The notes under the pieces: generated by a model
The model's database searches: none
What the model was told of the DNA's origin: nothing
Seen by the model: only the letters and a program-made list of their open reading frames with translations
Position numbers and translations under genes: made by a program
Shown here: piece after piece, positions 1 through 13,618 of the stretch
Layout of the letters: every line of letters begins with the position of its first letter
How positions within the stretch are numbered: position 1 is the stretch's first letter
Assembly (NCBI RefSeq): GCF_037042905.1
Contig: NC_087245.1
Location: 38,132,001-38,196,000, forward strand
Origin: Lytechinus pictus
Lineage: Eukaryota
Direction of reading: 5' to 3'
DNA: 64,000 nt

Positions 1-519
1 AATTTCAAATGATAATACTATCAACTGCAAGTAGATAATATAGTTTCTAAAATCTAAGGTCTCTAGAATCTGTATTTCTCTAGAGCAGGCCACACTCCAA
101 CAAGAATTTCCCCAAAATCTAAGCTTACTGAGACTTTGCCAGATACAGTACTGCATTACTCAAGTACAGTGTAGATCTTTTAAAGCCAAGTTCGAGTTCT
201 GGCATGGAAATCTAATTTCGATAGGAAATGGTTGGAGCAATCCTTAAGTGTTTATGATTTATCAATATCATAATCCAAATTGTTTATTTAGAACAACAAA
301 GTTTGTAGGCCTAAATTCATGCACTTTAAAGGAAAGATATTTATATCCTTCCTTTATTGTGATCCCAATTAATCAAATCAAAATAATTCAGGCTTGTTTG
401 AAATTATAATACGGTAATTTCAGTTCCTGGTGCAGCTAACATGGAAACAACAAATTTGGGGAATTGGGCGACGTGATTACACATGCAGGCTTGCACTAAC
501 ACACTACTCACTACAGTAT

Positions 520-992
520 AGTGAGTGATTGTATTACCGACCGGCCTTGTATTACCGAACGCGCGCATCATACGCATCAGAAAATAATTTCATACGCTCA
601 AAATTTTGCAACATCCTTCCAAAGAGAACTTGAATAGAAAGATGATGAAAAATTGTAAAAAACACATTTTCAAAGTCTTAATATTCTAAAAATAATAAAA
701 TATGGTCAAAATAGCTCATCAGTGATTTTGTTGTTTTCTCAACTTTTCCCATAGAAAACACACGTTCGGTAATACGATACCTTTTTCAAGTGACCAAAAT
801 ATTTCACATGCGAAGAGGGGTCCGATTGGAAGCTAATATCGTAAAAAGGAAAAACGATTTCGGCAAGATTTTTACATATTTATATTTTGTAGGTAATTGT
901 GTATTTATGGTGAAAGTTTGGTGAATTTTATGAGAATAATGTGTTTGATATGATTGAATTCATGAAAAGTGTTTGGTAATACGATCCACTAC
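520..992. mobile_element. unclassified inverted-repeat element
   Basis: GTATTACCGA(AC) motifs at the left end, inverted TTCGGTAATACGAT / TTGGTAATACGATCCACTAC on the right. Confidence 0.4.
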
Positions 993-1176
993 CATACCAT
1001 GACTACCGTCGGTGAATGGGGATTATAGTAAAATGTCAGAAATTGTTTAATAAATCCCCAGAAACAACGGTTATTCCTGTCTAACGTTAGTCTGCATCAA
1101 GCTCATTATAATTAGACCAAAAGCTTCGGTCTCTGTTATGTTGGTTGTTCAGCTGAACTCCGTTGGCTTCACTCAC

Positions 1177-1241
1177 CAAATACAGAGACCGAAGTTCTAG
1201 CGCGATCTGTACAGGGGACTCAATGGCCATATGTTTATGTA
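1177..1241 (-). CDS. putative small exon carrying a start codon (MAIESPVQIALELRSLYL), product unknown
   Basis: pyrimidine-rich ...ccctgttttatccgaacttag| acceptor, ATG at 1230, G|GTGAGT donor; no homology recognised. Confidence 0.3.
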
Positions 1242-1745
1242 CTAAGTTCGGATAAAACAGGGAGGTGAAGTTGCGCGACAGCCAAGGTAAGTCACTGTTT
1301 TTGTTCCTTTTAACTTGATTTTTTCCCCGTTTTTTGGCAATTAATACCAAGAGGGAATATTAATTTGCATTTCGGTCGCATTAATTTTCAAAAGTTTTAT
1401 TCATTACAGAATAAAGACAAAAATTGAAGAGCCCCGATGGGGAGATTTTGCATTGTAAGTCCCCTGATGGTGGCTGCACGATAGCGAGCCGTCTGTGTAC
1501 GAGGAGAAATTTAAAAAAAATTAAAATTAAAATTAAAAAAAACTCTCGAAACAGACTGCTGCCAGCTGTCTAATTATAATATGCAAATCAACTCTGGTCA
1601 ATATCACTTGGATGAACTAAGCTCCTTTTTGAGGATCTGCCTATCCACTGATTCAAGTCAGATTCGTCCTTCGAGGACACTTTTAAAGGACTATAATAAC
1701 CTCCCCTTTTCTAAAACAGCCCTTCCGCTTCCCGGACCCTGGGGC

Positions 1746-1973
1746 CACTAGCGTACCTACTGGGGGGCAGGGGGGGCACTCTGCCCCCCCTGACGAGTCA
1801 CAACCCATGCAAAAACGTATCTTTGCCCCCCCTGACGGGCTTGAAAAACCTTTTTTGCCCCCCCTGACGAGCTTTAAGACATCTAATGCCCCCTGACGAG
1901 CTTGAAGACCTTTTTTTTTTTTTTTTGCTTGTCAATTTTTTTTCTGGTACGAAATCCTTTATTTGTGATCGAA

Positions 1974-2008
<35 letters not shown>

Positions 2009-2133
2009 TGTCAATTTTTTCCTGGAACGAAATCCTTTATTTGTGATCGAAGACTTTTTTTTTTTTTTTTGCTTGTCAAATTTTTGGGCGGACGGTTTTG
2101 CCCCCCCTGTGGAAAATCCTAGGTACGCCACTG
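1746..2133. mobile_element. hAT-like non-autonomous element
   Basis: 8-bp TSD CCTGGGGC (1738-1745 and 2134-2141); TIR CACTAGCGTACCTA / TAGGTACGCCACTG; internal GCCCCCCTGACG and T-run tandem repeats. Confidence 0.8.
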
Positions 2134-2136
2134 CCT

Positions 2137-2454
2137 GGGGCCGATTGCACGAAAGGGTCTTTCCGATCCAAGGACCGTCTTTCGTGTCGCCCATCTTTTA
2201 TGATACGCCATGTGAAACGCATTTCAAATAAATTATCTGCAAATATATTTTATTTGTCCGTTAAAATAAACAAAATATTTGTTTATAAAATGATGTGATA
2301 TCTTATGAAATTGTATAAAATTTGATTTAAAAGCAAGCTTACGAATTTTATTTGTTTATCATAAATTTCAGAAACACCCCGCTTACAGCGCATCATAAAA
2401 GATGGGCGACACGAAAGACGGTCCTTGGAAAGACCCTTTCGTGCAATCGGCCCC
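2137..2454. mobile_element. Harbinger-like hairpin MITE
   Basis: long TIR GGGGCCGATTGCACGAAAGGGTCTTTCC...GGAAAGACCCTTTCGTGCAATCGGCCCC. Confidence 0.8.
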
Positions 2455-2640
2455 AAGACTTGACATTTAAAATAAAAAAGCTTCAATAAATTTGTTCCAC
2501 TACCACACACACAGAGCGCTCTTCTCAACAAGTTAGCGTAAGTTAGATGTGTCCATTAACGATATATTGTTGACCCCACCATTGGCATTAAGATTCAAAA
2601 CTGAAAGTGAAACTTTGAAAGTGAAAACGGAACAACTCAC

Positions 2641-3130
2641 ACACTGGCTGCGCACTGGCCCAGGATCAGGAACGTCAAAGGCTTGCTCCCCGGCCGTGCC
2701 CGGCTGGAGAAATCTCCACGAAGTGTTCGGCGCGGCTGCGGCAGTAACACTACACAGCTCATCAGGCCAACTCCTAACGAAAACTCAGATCCGACCGCCG
2801 CCAAAGATCTGATGGCGTTGAAAAGCACAATTCTGAGGCAATTCTGCTGTCCACTACTTGGCGAAAATAGTGAAACTAGCTCTGTCTCCAATTAAAGTGT
2901 CAAGGCCGTGGTGCAGTGCCGCGGTGGTAGCCCAGCATCGATCGGATGATGGTAGCGTAGCTAGCCAGCCATATCCGGGGCGGAGTAAAGCGCGAGAGTC
3001 CTTGGGCCTTGCATTGGAATTGGATGGGAGCTAGCTGGAGGATCGTGGGAGGCGGAGAAGGGGAGGGCAGGGAGGGGCCTGATGTGGTTTCGAAAGACAA
3101 GAAAAAAAAAAACATTTTCATGATGTTGCT
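2641..3130 (-). other. CpG-rich putative promoter/first exon of a gene running off the window start
   Basis: GC/CpG-rich block ending at a GTGAGT donor consensus on the minus strand (2635-2640). Confidence 0.35.
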
Positions 3131-3282
3131 GAAGACCCTAATGCATAACTGTGCTAGGGTATTCTGTTTTGAAATAGGGAAAAAGAGATGACTATATCGA
3201 GCAGGTCATACTTCATAATCATATGCTAAATATGTATACCCGAGCTTTTGTGCAATGATTTAGAAATATTTTTTTTTCAGTA

Positions 3283-6200
3283 CCGTACGCTGCCCAATCG
3301 TCGCTCAGTTTACGTATTTTCCTTTATGTTTCATTCAATTAGCTACGATATGCTTACTTCTATATGTCATCTGAAAGCGAAAATACTGGAAAATTGTTTC
3401 ATAGGATAATAATTATATGTCTTAGAAGCCCCGCTGCGTAATTCGCCGTTTTTGGCACCCCTTGCGCCTGCCCAATCGCCGCTCACCATTGCCCTAACTC
3501 CGCTCGCTTATATAGCGCGCGCATTCATACATGTAGTTTATAAAGCCTGATACTGTCTAACTCTTTTTTCTACCCTTTTTTCTTGCACTTCTGAGTGAGA
3601 AAGTGTGTAATTTTGTTGTGATTAAATGTATTGTTTACAAGTTTTATAGTACTATACACTGAATAAAATGTTTCTTTCGCCAAGTGCAATTATTTTTAGG
3701 GCCTCAAACTTTTTGTTACTGATCTACGCCTATATATCGGGGTTTTTTTATCCTCCAAACTTTATTCCGTATTTTTTATAAAATAAAATACATATTTTCA
3801 AAAAACCTTTCCCGACAAACTTTTAACTGATTTCAATTGTCTAATAATATGAATATGATTCTAATCCATTCATGAAGTTTATGAGTATATTATTATTTAT
3901 TTATTTATTTCGGAAATGAAAAGTATATGAAATTGGAACAATTAATGTAATACAACATTAACAGAGTATATAGATTGAGCACCCACTGGGTCAAATAAAT
4001 TACTGTTGTCAATAAAGACCATGACCCTAACCAGTGCTATAATAAGGGTGCTTACAAAAAATCGGAAGCGGATAAAAGAGTCAGCATGAACAAAAATGTT
4101 AAAAGAACAATATATATAATAGAATATTACATGCTTGATATAGTTAAGTTAACTTAATTAACTTAAAATATCAATATTGATGAATTTACATTCTTATAAA
4201 TAAAACGCTATAAAACTCTTTTAGCACATTCGCCATTCAAAGTAATCATTTTCGCCACTCATCCAACTTGAGTGCCCCCCCCCCCCCTTGTCGTCCCTTC
4301 CGCGCTCATCGCCCCCAGATGCCATTGGCCATTGATTTCCATTATTATTTTTTTTATTAGAAATTATTATATGCATCCTCCTTCAGGTTCTAATTCAAAT
4401 TTGTTGCTTTTACACTATCTTGACTCATTATTTATCAAGTATATGTATTCGTGTATCCCACTTTTTTGTTTACTCTTTACTTTTTCTTGTCGTATTGATA
4501 TTTTATGGGACTCTCACTGCATAATTCTTTGGAGCCTTCAACCAACAAGCTTTGCTTTTACTTTTAGCTCCCTCATATCCACATCTCTCATTTTCTTTCT
4601 TTGTCATAATTTTAGAACCAATTACAAGAATACATTCTAGTACTTTTTTCTATTGTTATATTATGTACACATTTCATATTTTTACGATGTTTATTTATGC
4701 TTATCTATGAAAACTTGTAGGCCTATATTGTATAATATTATTGTTTGTATTGAATTGTTGATTTTTTGAAAATGTGAAATGTTGATGTGCATAAACCTCG
4801 AACCCTGAACTCCGATAATATTTTTTTGGGGATTCCCTTATATTGACTTTCATTTAAAAAAAGCTCATCTTGAAAAACAACAATAAATATTTAATCACCT
4901 CGCTGGTTTAAGTTCATATTCGAACTTCCGTCAATAATAGGAGAGGGAAAAAGGCACTCAAGAAAATTCTATTTGTTCAAAATAAATTGGTCAATTTAAA
5001 TCCTGTTCCGTTTTCAAACAAAACACAATTAAAAAAAGGAAATCTCCAGAAACATGACAAAGTTTCATCTATTCAAATCAATCAGGAAACTACTGACCGA
5101 GTTCAAAAGGCCTATATAGGCCCATTAGTGGGAGATTTTTTTCTTATTTATTCATTTAAATTCTTTATTTTATTTAGATTTATAGATATGAATCAGATAG
5201 GCATGCAGATAATGCGTATTGGGCCTACCATAAAATATATGTATCATTAGGCTCATAAGTTATCACATATAGGCCTAATTACACATCTATTTCCATCATT
5301 CCAATTAAATTATCCCTAAATGTCATACTCTGAGTAAATAATATTGGTAATCATCAAAATATGAATACGCCACATAAAAAACCAGTATTACGATCGATAA
5401 TAGCCTAGAAGACATGCCAGCCTGCCAGGGGCCGCGGAACCAGGGGAGGGGCTTCACCCCAGAACAAAAAAAACTATCCCTATATCTCTAAGTTGTTTGT
5501 ACGTCGGTATTTAGTGATAAACATCGAAGTCTCATTTTTTAGCATTGATGACCCTACGATTCGTTATAGAGCAAGATAATTTTTGTAAAACTTTTTCCCA
5601 AACACTTTGGGCCGGGACAATGATTACAATTAAATCTCGAAATATTTCTGGTGAACAGTGACAAACTCTTTTGATCATCTTTCAACATTTCTGTAAACGT
5701 CAGCTTATTTGCCTGCTCCATGATAAATCGTTGACGACCGAGGGGCTTTTATTTGCCGTCACCCTCAGCTAAAGGGAGAGAGAGGGGGAGATAGAGAAGA
5801 AATCATAGGAGAAGTGAGAGAGGAAAATGTAAAAGAGTATAAAGAAGAAAAAATGGCCGCGTCGCAAAAAAGACAACGGAAGAGGTATCAATCAAGGCCG
5901 GAATAGGAAAATAATGAAATGAAAAAAAAAAGATTAAGAGGAAGGAAAATAAAAGGAAGAAGACAAGACGAAAATGAGAGTTGGGGGACCGACAAATACC
6001 TGTACCCTTCATTTAGAACAAAATAACTATTCAGCCTGCGCTTCGCACCCGCATTGCCCGTTTGTTTCATTATTCATGTCTTGTTTTCAAGTCATTCTCG
6101 GTTTGTAACATAAAACATCATTACAAAAGTGCTTAAAATGTCTCGTTTTTTCTCTGAATCAGGGGCGGAAATCTCTCCCAAAAAAGTAGGGGGGGCAAGG

Positions 6201-7636
6201 GGCTGGAAAATTTGACAAGCAAAAAATTATGAATTATGACCTGAAATAAATTCAGACATTCCTACATTGTTTACACTTAATTTTCATCTCATATTAAATT
6301 CACGAGTTGAATTAGTAGAGTAATCAGGCGTTACCATGGCAACATACCATTATCATGCATTCAAATGAACTTATATCCATGCAGAACACTCTGTTGTTTT
6401 CGATATTTAATTCAAACGAATTGGTCAAACCTATATAGATTTTGGCATTTTCATTGTCATTTCCACCATTCATCTTTTCCCACCATAATGTTGATTTATG
6501 ATGGCAATTCAATAAATGCCCCCAACGTCATTGGCCAAAGTTCCGTCATTGACCTTAAATTACCTTTGACCGTGGCATGACCTGAAACTCACTATAGGAT
6601 TTTCACTGACTCCCTTATTTCGAAGTTTCATGATAGCTATAAAAACATGTAGGCCTATTTCAAACTTATGATTACATTTCACAAACTTATCCTGTTTTAA
6701 GATTTCAATGTTTACGACGCCGCCCGCGCGGCGCCGTCGGAAAAAGCGGCGCCCTGCATGTCTCTGCAGGCAATCAAGACAATTGTATTTTTCTGCGGGA
6801 AAGATAAGCCGTTACCATGGCAATGGATCTTTTGCAAATACTTTGATGACTTGATATGCCTATATCTAGAAATTGAATTTGGAAGGCTTAAGAATGATAG
6901 ATTGGACCATTTAAATTGACAGGGTAATGTGCCATATATATATAGGATCAACTTTTTTAAAACATATTAATCAGTTGCCATGGCAACGGCGGAAGGAGGC
7001 ATTTATGAAACTGGCAACAAGCGGATTCATGTTCAGCACCATCAAAATAGAGGAAATGACACAAAAAATCAGATTCTAAAGAAAAGTCTACTTGAAAAAT
7101 TATGACAATTCCGTTGAGGCCCTATACTCTTACAATGATTATCATACACAATCATACACAATCAGGGTGAGCGGAGTTAGGGCAGGCTGCTATCTCAAGG
7201 TATGCCCTCGCTAATTCATTCACACAACAAATATTCATTCTAGAAAAAATTATCATGACGACATATCAGGACCTCCCGCACCTACGACTCTCACATTTTC
7301 ATTCATCATATAAGAATATAACATTTTTCACTGTTTTTAGGAGTTTTTAAAGTGATTGAAAAAAAACGTAATTTGGTGCAGTTGCGGTACAGTTGATCGA
7401 AGTTCAAACAGTTATCGGGTTACTTTACATTTAAAGCAGTATTTCACGATGATTTATGAAGGGATTGATTTTATTTTTCCACACTTTGTTTTTTCATGTA
7501 ATGGTCTCCTCTTGGGTGCTTAATCATGCGAGTATACTAAACAATAAGGAATTTGGGACTAATTTAAAATGATAATCATAATAAGCAGCGTGCGCATCGC
7601 GCTTGTGAGGGTGAGCGAGAATTGGGCAGCGTACGG
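3283..7636. mobile_element. ~4.35-kb TA-flanked (Tc1/mariner-pogo-like) non-autonomous element with nested repeats
   Basis: TA|CCGTACGCTGCCCAATcgtCGCTCA ... TGAGCGagaATTGGGCAGCGTACGG|TA; subterminal inverted GCCCTAACTCCGCTC (~3491) / GAGCGGAGTTAGGGC (~7169); no transposase ORF seen. Confidence 0.65.
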
Positions 7637-8455
7637 TACCCCAAAAATATGCATGCACTTATCAACCCCGAGGTCAACCCTTTTTGTATTTTTGTATGAC
7701 AAAGAGATATATTGCCATAGGTTTTTTTTTTTGTTTTTTTTTTGGGGGGGGGTTCTGCCTCATCTTCTCAACACAATCTTCTCAAATCCTTTGTTAATTT
7801 TTCTTTTACTCTCTCATATACATTATTACATGGCTCAACTTGGTGCATTCCTGGTCCATTTTTTTTATCCTCCCTTCCCTTCAAATGTTACTTTCTACTT
7901 TACCTCTTGACTTGTACACCCATAAACACTCCCCTATTCATTTCTCCGCCTTCATATTCCACACCCCTCTCTTCATCTCTTCATTCCCCCCCCCCCCCCA
8001 ATCACCTCTCTTCCCTTCTCTCTCCTTTCTCTTTTTATCAATTTGCTTTTGTTCATTTATCGATTTTTGGTCTGTCTCTCAGATAAGCCTTTCACACCGC
8101 TCCTTCCTTTTCTATATTTTCCATTTCTCTGTCTCTACCTCTGTGACACATCAGTCTCTTTATTCCATCCTAACTCAGAAGAATTATAGGACAACAAAAT
8201 TAAAGTATACATTTTTTATTCAAATATTAATAAACATATATACAAATGTAATATACAAATATAATAGTCATGCCTGTTCTTCTGATTGAGAATTCTATAA
8301 ACAAAACTTTAGCACTCACATCTGCCTCAAAATTGAATTCAGATTGTTTAACATTTAGTTCCAAATGTCTGAGAATGATTAGAAGTCTGGTCAATTCTAA
8401 TGTAGCTGTTTCCTATAAATTGTGATCATCACAATCTGGTAGTGAAAATATCTAA

Positions 8456-9300
8456 GGCCGTGTTTATGCTTCCACTTTTCAGGCCAGAATCAGCGTTTCC
8501 AAACGTGATTAGTCCAAAACACAGTTGCGTCCATGCTTACTTTCATTTAAACGCTGTTTCAAAACGCCGATCGTAAAATCACAAAAAGGTGCGTTTGTAA
8601 ACGTCGTTTGACCAGAATCAGGCTTTCTGGGAAAGTATAAACAGAACCACGATCGTAAACGTGTTTAAATGACGTCATTTGGTACATGCTTCCGGTGAGA
8701 TGAAAATCCGCGGGCAAATACAGTCGCATTGCTCCATGGTCGCATGTTACCTCCACAGAATTACCTTCATCTCCCTTGTTTTGCACGTGTAGTACTATTA
8801 CTAGTATTACTCTTCCAATTTGTCATCACGATGAACGTTGAAGGATTTACACAAAAAAAACCTGGAACATGAGTTATAATGAGGAGACATCGCCAGATGC
8901 CTCAGTATAGCATAAACAAATATATATTTTATTATTTTGTGTACTTAATATTCTTTATTTTTTCTTACTATTATCCTCACCATGGTGGAAATTATATGGC
9001 TATATCAAGAAGCTCAATACAATGACTAAAATATCGGAAATTGTTCGATGTTTATATAACAGTCGACGTACCTTCCCCATAACAACACTCGGAATTTTTT
9101 TTTTCGAAAAAGGGCGCGCCCAATTTGACCTCGCTTTCCTGCTCAACGAAAATTACGATGCGAAGCCAGCTGGAGATCGTGATTTCGCCTCTGAAAAGTT
9201 AGCATAAACAGCACTCCCAGAACCACGTTTACGATCGGCGTTTTGGATCGACGTTTGAAAATGCTGATTCTGTCCTCGCAATGGAAGCATAAACACACCC
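8456..9300. mobile_element. PIF/Harbinger-like non-autonomous element
   Basis: TAA TSD; TIR GGCCGTGTTTATGCTTCCA / TGGAAGCATAAACACACCC. Confidence 0.75.
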
Positions 9301-9793
9301 TAAGAGTGATGGATTGAAAATCACTTCTAAATCTGAATGAATTCATACACCAACCCTTTTCCCCCTTTATTTAAGTACTATTCAACTGCCACTGTTTGAA
9401 TATGCAGCAAACTAGATTTTGTGTGCACCTGTATAGTCAGCTGCAAGTGAATGTTACAAATCTGGTTAAGGTCTTTCCCGTGGTCACAAGGGGGGGGGGG
9501 GGGTAGGATGGTGGTGTGTACAACTGAAACCTTGAAGCCAAACCTATATTTCTAAGGGTAATTTGGGTGGAAAAGAATACCCATAGTTTTTTTCCTGATA
9601 AGAGACCCAGTTATTCATAAAATCATGTGTAACATTAGGCATAAAAAAGGTCATCACTCAAGATCAAAAGGGGAGAGGGGGGAGGGGTATGCATGCTTAC
9701 AAACTTTCCAGCTCAAAACCATACCCCATGTACATGTTTTTTCACAAAAAGTGACTTATTAGGGTGGCAAATCCCCAAATGCCAATACACTGT

Positions 9794-10104
9794 GGCCCGT
9801 ATACTGAAGTCAGGTTTAACTTAAACTCAGGTTTAAAGTTGTGGTTTAAGTATGGATAGCCAATTGTTACACAAATCACAAACAATAGAGATATCATATT
9901 TCAGCTCATCTGGCTCTCAAATCATACATAATTGTCTAGGAAGTATAAATAGATGATTGTCTTCACCATCGATGAATCAGGAAAGAGCACAGTAAACATA
10001 AGAAACATGCAACTTAATAAAAATTTTGACACTTTTGGCTTCCCATAACTTTAGCACAGAGTTAGACCATGGTCTAAATTAAACCTGACTTAAGAATATG
10101 GGCC
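9794..10104. mobile_element. Harbinger-like MITE (inverted copy at 59441-59749)
   Basis: 3-bp TSD TGT; TIR GGCCCGTATaCTgAAGTCAGGTTTAA. Confidence 0.75.
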
Positions 10105-10514
10105 TGTGAGTATAGTTTGCAGGCACAGACCCTGATTGAAACTTTGATCAACAAGTGGGTCTTCACACAAGACTAGCACATATAAAACTTAATGTTTAAA
10201 TTTCAGGGTCTACATAACCTCCTAAAATAAACTCATGCACCAAATCCAGCTAGTGGGAGGTGTGTTTAGAGAGAGAGGGAGAAATCATTGTATCATTGAC
10301 TAACAAGTCACCTCTATCATAATTTCGTACTAAAATTGAAACATGCAAATTTCCCATGCACCACCATGATTACAAGGAATACGAAGATTCAACTCATTGA
10401 GTCTGTATTTTGCTTGACTTAGTATTATTTTCAGCCTTCAGCAAGTTACTTAATTTTGATATCATGTATTGAAAATATTGCACAGTCTCTTGTATCGCAA
10501 ATTATGTGTGTTAA

Positions 10515-11075
10515 AGGGGCATGAAACCTTTGGAACAAGTGGGCTTGTGTGGAAACAGAAAATCAAAGAATAAAAACAAAGAAAGTTTGAGAAAAATCGG
10601 ACAAATAATGAGAAAGTTATAAGCATTTGAATATTGTGATCACTAGTGGTATGGAGATCCTCCCAATGGCGATACGACAAATATGTGTGATGTCACAAGT
10701 GAACAACTTTCCCTTTGATGGACTATAAAATACCCCCAAAATGTCTCTTTTCGCTCTTTCATATGGTGATACAAACTCTTGAACCATAATGTTTTTTCTT
10801 TGAAAATCTGTAATACATGCCCTTCTATATAAAGAAAACATGATCTACTGATAGATGTGATAAAAGAGGCAGATTAAGTGAAATAACAAAAGTAATGGGA
10901 GTTGTTCACAAGTGACATCGCCCATCTTTGTCGCATTGCCATAGCATTAGTGATCACAATATTAAAATGCTCAAAACTTTCTCATTATTTGTCAAATTTT
11001 TTACTTCCGTTGATATGTTTCTTTGATGTATCTGTTTTCACACAGGCTATCTTGTTCCAAAGGTTTCATTTTCCT
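10515..11075. mobile_element. Kolobok/T2-like MITE
   Basis: TTAA|AGG...CCT|TTAA with long imperfect TIRs; inverted relative of 19033-19591. Confidence 0.8.
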
Positions 11076-11179
11076 TTAATAAAATTGTGCACACAGTGAA
11101 TGCGTAACACAGCCACGAAAACAATTAATTTCAGAGATTTGATTGAAATTTATGGTATGAGTTTCAACTGAATACCGAT

Positions 11180-11995
11180 TGGGGGTGTTTCACAAAGAAT
11201 TAAGTGTGAAGTTAACAGAGTCGCACTTATATTTCAGTCGTGTGCGGTATATCACGCATCACCGCATTGGTCAGATCATGCGCATGGGGTATGTACTACC
11301 ACATATCTTTTTCTTCCATTGCCCCTTCCCTTTGGAATAAGCTACCATCTTAACATTCATAACGCCAAGTCTGTGAATCAGTTCAAAACCCTACTCAAAC
11401 CCTACCTGTTTAATAGATGATTCACAGTTGTGGGTCGATCAATTGGAGGTGCACACCAGTTTTGATTTTTCATTATTAGTATATTTACATTAGCTATGTC
11501 ATTTTCCCCTGCAAAATTTTTTTTCTTTCTTTTCTTTTACCGGTAATCCCACAGAACACAGTGCGCTTAGAAACACCAGTAGTAAGCGCCTTATGAATAT
11601 TAAGTATTATTATCATTATTAGTAGTATTATATCTACCAATAAAGGTTACATGTTACATAACATGTGTGTTTTGGCATTTAAGTATGACTCTAAGTCATA
11701 CTTAACTCTTTGTAAAACACCCCCGGGCCCGTCTTACAAAGAGTTGTGATTGATCCGATCAATCGCAAGTATGGAAAGCCAGCAAAGTCAATATATGAAA
11801 TGCATGTTTGTTCAAAAATTTTTTGCTAGATATGATGTATATTCTTAAATTCATTGACTTGACAATTTGATGTGTTCTCCTTTGTTTACAAAGGACATTT
11901 TGCAAATTTCCTGTTTTAAAAATTATGACACTGATGGATTTCCATAGAGTTACGATTGATTGGATCAATCGTAACTCTTTGTAAGACGGGGCCCC
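11180..11995. mobile_element. two adjacent Harbinger-like MITEs; the first is interrupted by a LINE 3' fragment
   Basis: GGGGTGTTTCACAAAG...CTTTGTAAAACACCCC (11181-11724); GGGCCCGTCTTACAAAGAGTT...AACTCTTTGTAAGACGGGGCCC (11725-11994), with related copies at 34546-34818 and ~54277-54485. Confidence 0.65.
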
Positions 11996-12234
11996 GGTCT
12001 AATAATCTCATATTACCAACCAAGGCTGAAGAAATGAAGAAAAATACTAAATTCTTTCATGAATTTCTCATTGAATACTGATGTGCAGTCATATTTCAAG
12101 TAACAATATACAAGTGTTAAGAGAACATTTGACAACTGGGCCACATAACTTTAAAACTTTATGCTCTCCATCATAGGGATAATTTTGTGAAATGGCTTTA
12201 AAGATCGTTCTGACACAGGCCCAAAATTAGAAAA

Positions 12235-12481
12235 TAATAATAGTCAGTTCTTGTATAGCACACAATTCATTATGAATAACGTCTCTATGCGCTTCCAAAG
12301 GACTTGGATATTATTACCCCAGCTATAGCTAGGCTACCTAGGCGCTCCAGCATTTAAGGAATTTCTTCCTACCGGGTACCCATTCACCTCACCTGGGTTG
12401 AGTGCAGCACAATGTGGATAAATGGCCATGGCTGGGATTCGAACCCACGGCCCTCTGTTTCAAAGTCAGAAGACTAATCCA
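12235..12481 (-). mobile_element. tRNA-derived SINE just downstream of the TAF5L stop
   Basis: B box GGTTCGAATCCC, body GCTGCACTCAACCCAGGTGAGGTGAATGGGTACC, (TAT)n tail; same family as 21025 and 59935. Confidence 0.75.
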
Positions 12482-12582
12482 TGGATGACGGAATCGTACC
12501 GCCTCACCAGACATCAATCTTAGCTAAAACTCTGATAGTTGATTAATGGGAGTTGTTTCTGTAAAACGACCAGTACTATTCT

Positions 12583-12712
12583 TCATGTTGCCATGGCGAT
12601 ACCTCCGCCTGCGAGTAAGAGGTTGCATTTAGAAAAGGATAGCTTGTGAATGTGAGTCTGTCTTGAAGAGATCGATGTCATTTGTTCTCCAGAATGTCCT
12701 CCACTCTCAGGT
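12583..12712 (-). CDS. TAF5L: TAF5L last coding exon
   Basis: PESGGHSGEQMTSISSRQTHIHKLSFSKCNLLLAGGGIAMAT*. Confidence 0.88.
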
Positions 12713-12864
12713 CTGCCAAAAAAATATACAAACACATGAAACATTGTATGTCTAGCATTAAGTTTCATTGGATATTTCATATCTATTGTTGTGTATAGCT
12801 ACTACTACTACTACTACTATACTACGACTACTACTACTACTACTACTATACTACGACTACTACA

Positions 12865-12915
<51 letters not shown>

Positions 12916-12958
12916 GCTACTACTACTACTACTACTAATACTACTACTACTTCTACTT

Positions 12959-12997
<39 letters not shown>

Positions 12998-13003
12998 TAC
13001 TGC

Positions 13004-13037
<34 letters not shown>

Positions 13038-13045
13038 GCTACTAT

Positions 13046-13109
<64 letters not shown>

Positions 13110-13185
13110 GCTACTATTACTACTACTACTACTACTATTACTACTATTACTACTACTACTACTACTACTACTATGACTACTACTT

Positions 13186-13241
<56 letters not shown>

Positions 13242-13267
13242 GCTGCTACTACTACTACTATACTATG

Positions 13268-13300
<33 letters not shown>

Positions 13301-13314
13301 GCTACTGCTACAAT

Positions 13315-13364
<50 letters not shown>

Positions 13365-13371
13365 TACTATG

Positions 13372-13437
<66 letters not shown>

Positions 13438-13549
13438 GCTACTACTACTACTGTAGGGAACTAGTTTGTAGTAGTAGTAGTAGTAGTAGAAGTAGTAGTA
13501 GTAGTAGTAGTAGTACTACTACTACTACTACTACTACTACTATACTATG

Positions 13550-13618
<69 letters not shown>

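Noticed and set aside
1883..2298. Lys-rich and Phe-rich ORFs
   Set aside because: T-runs inside a hAT-like element.
6330..6990. three RFX X-box-like palindromes (GTTRCCATGGCAAY)
   Set aside because: Embedded in nested repeat DNA, and similar motifs occur in other MITEs (33.2, 60.5 kb); no evidence of regulatory function.
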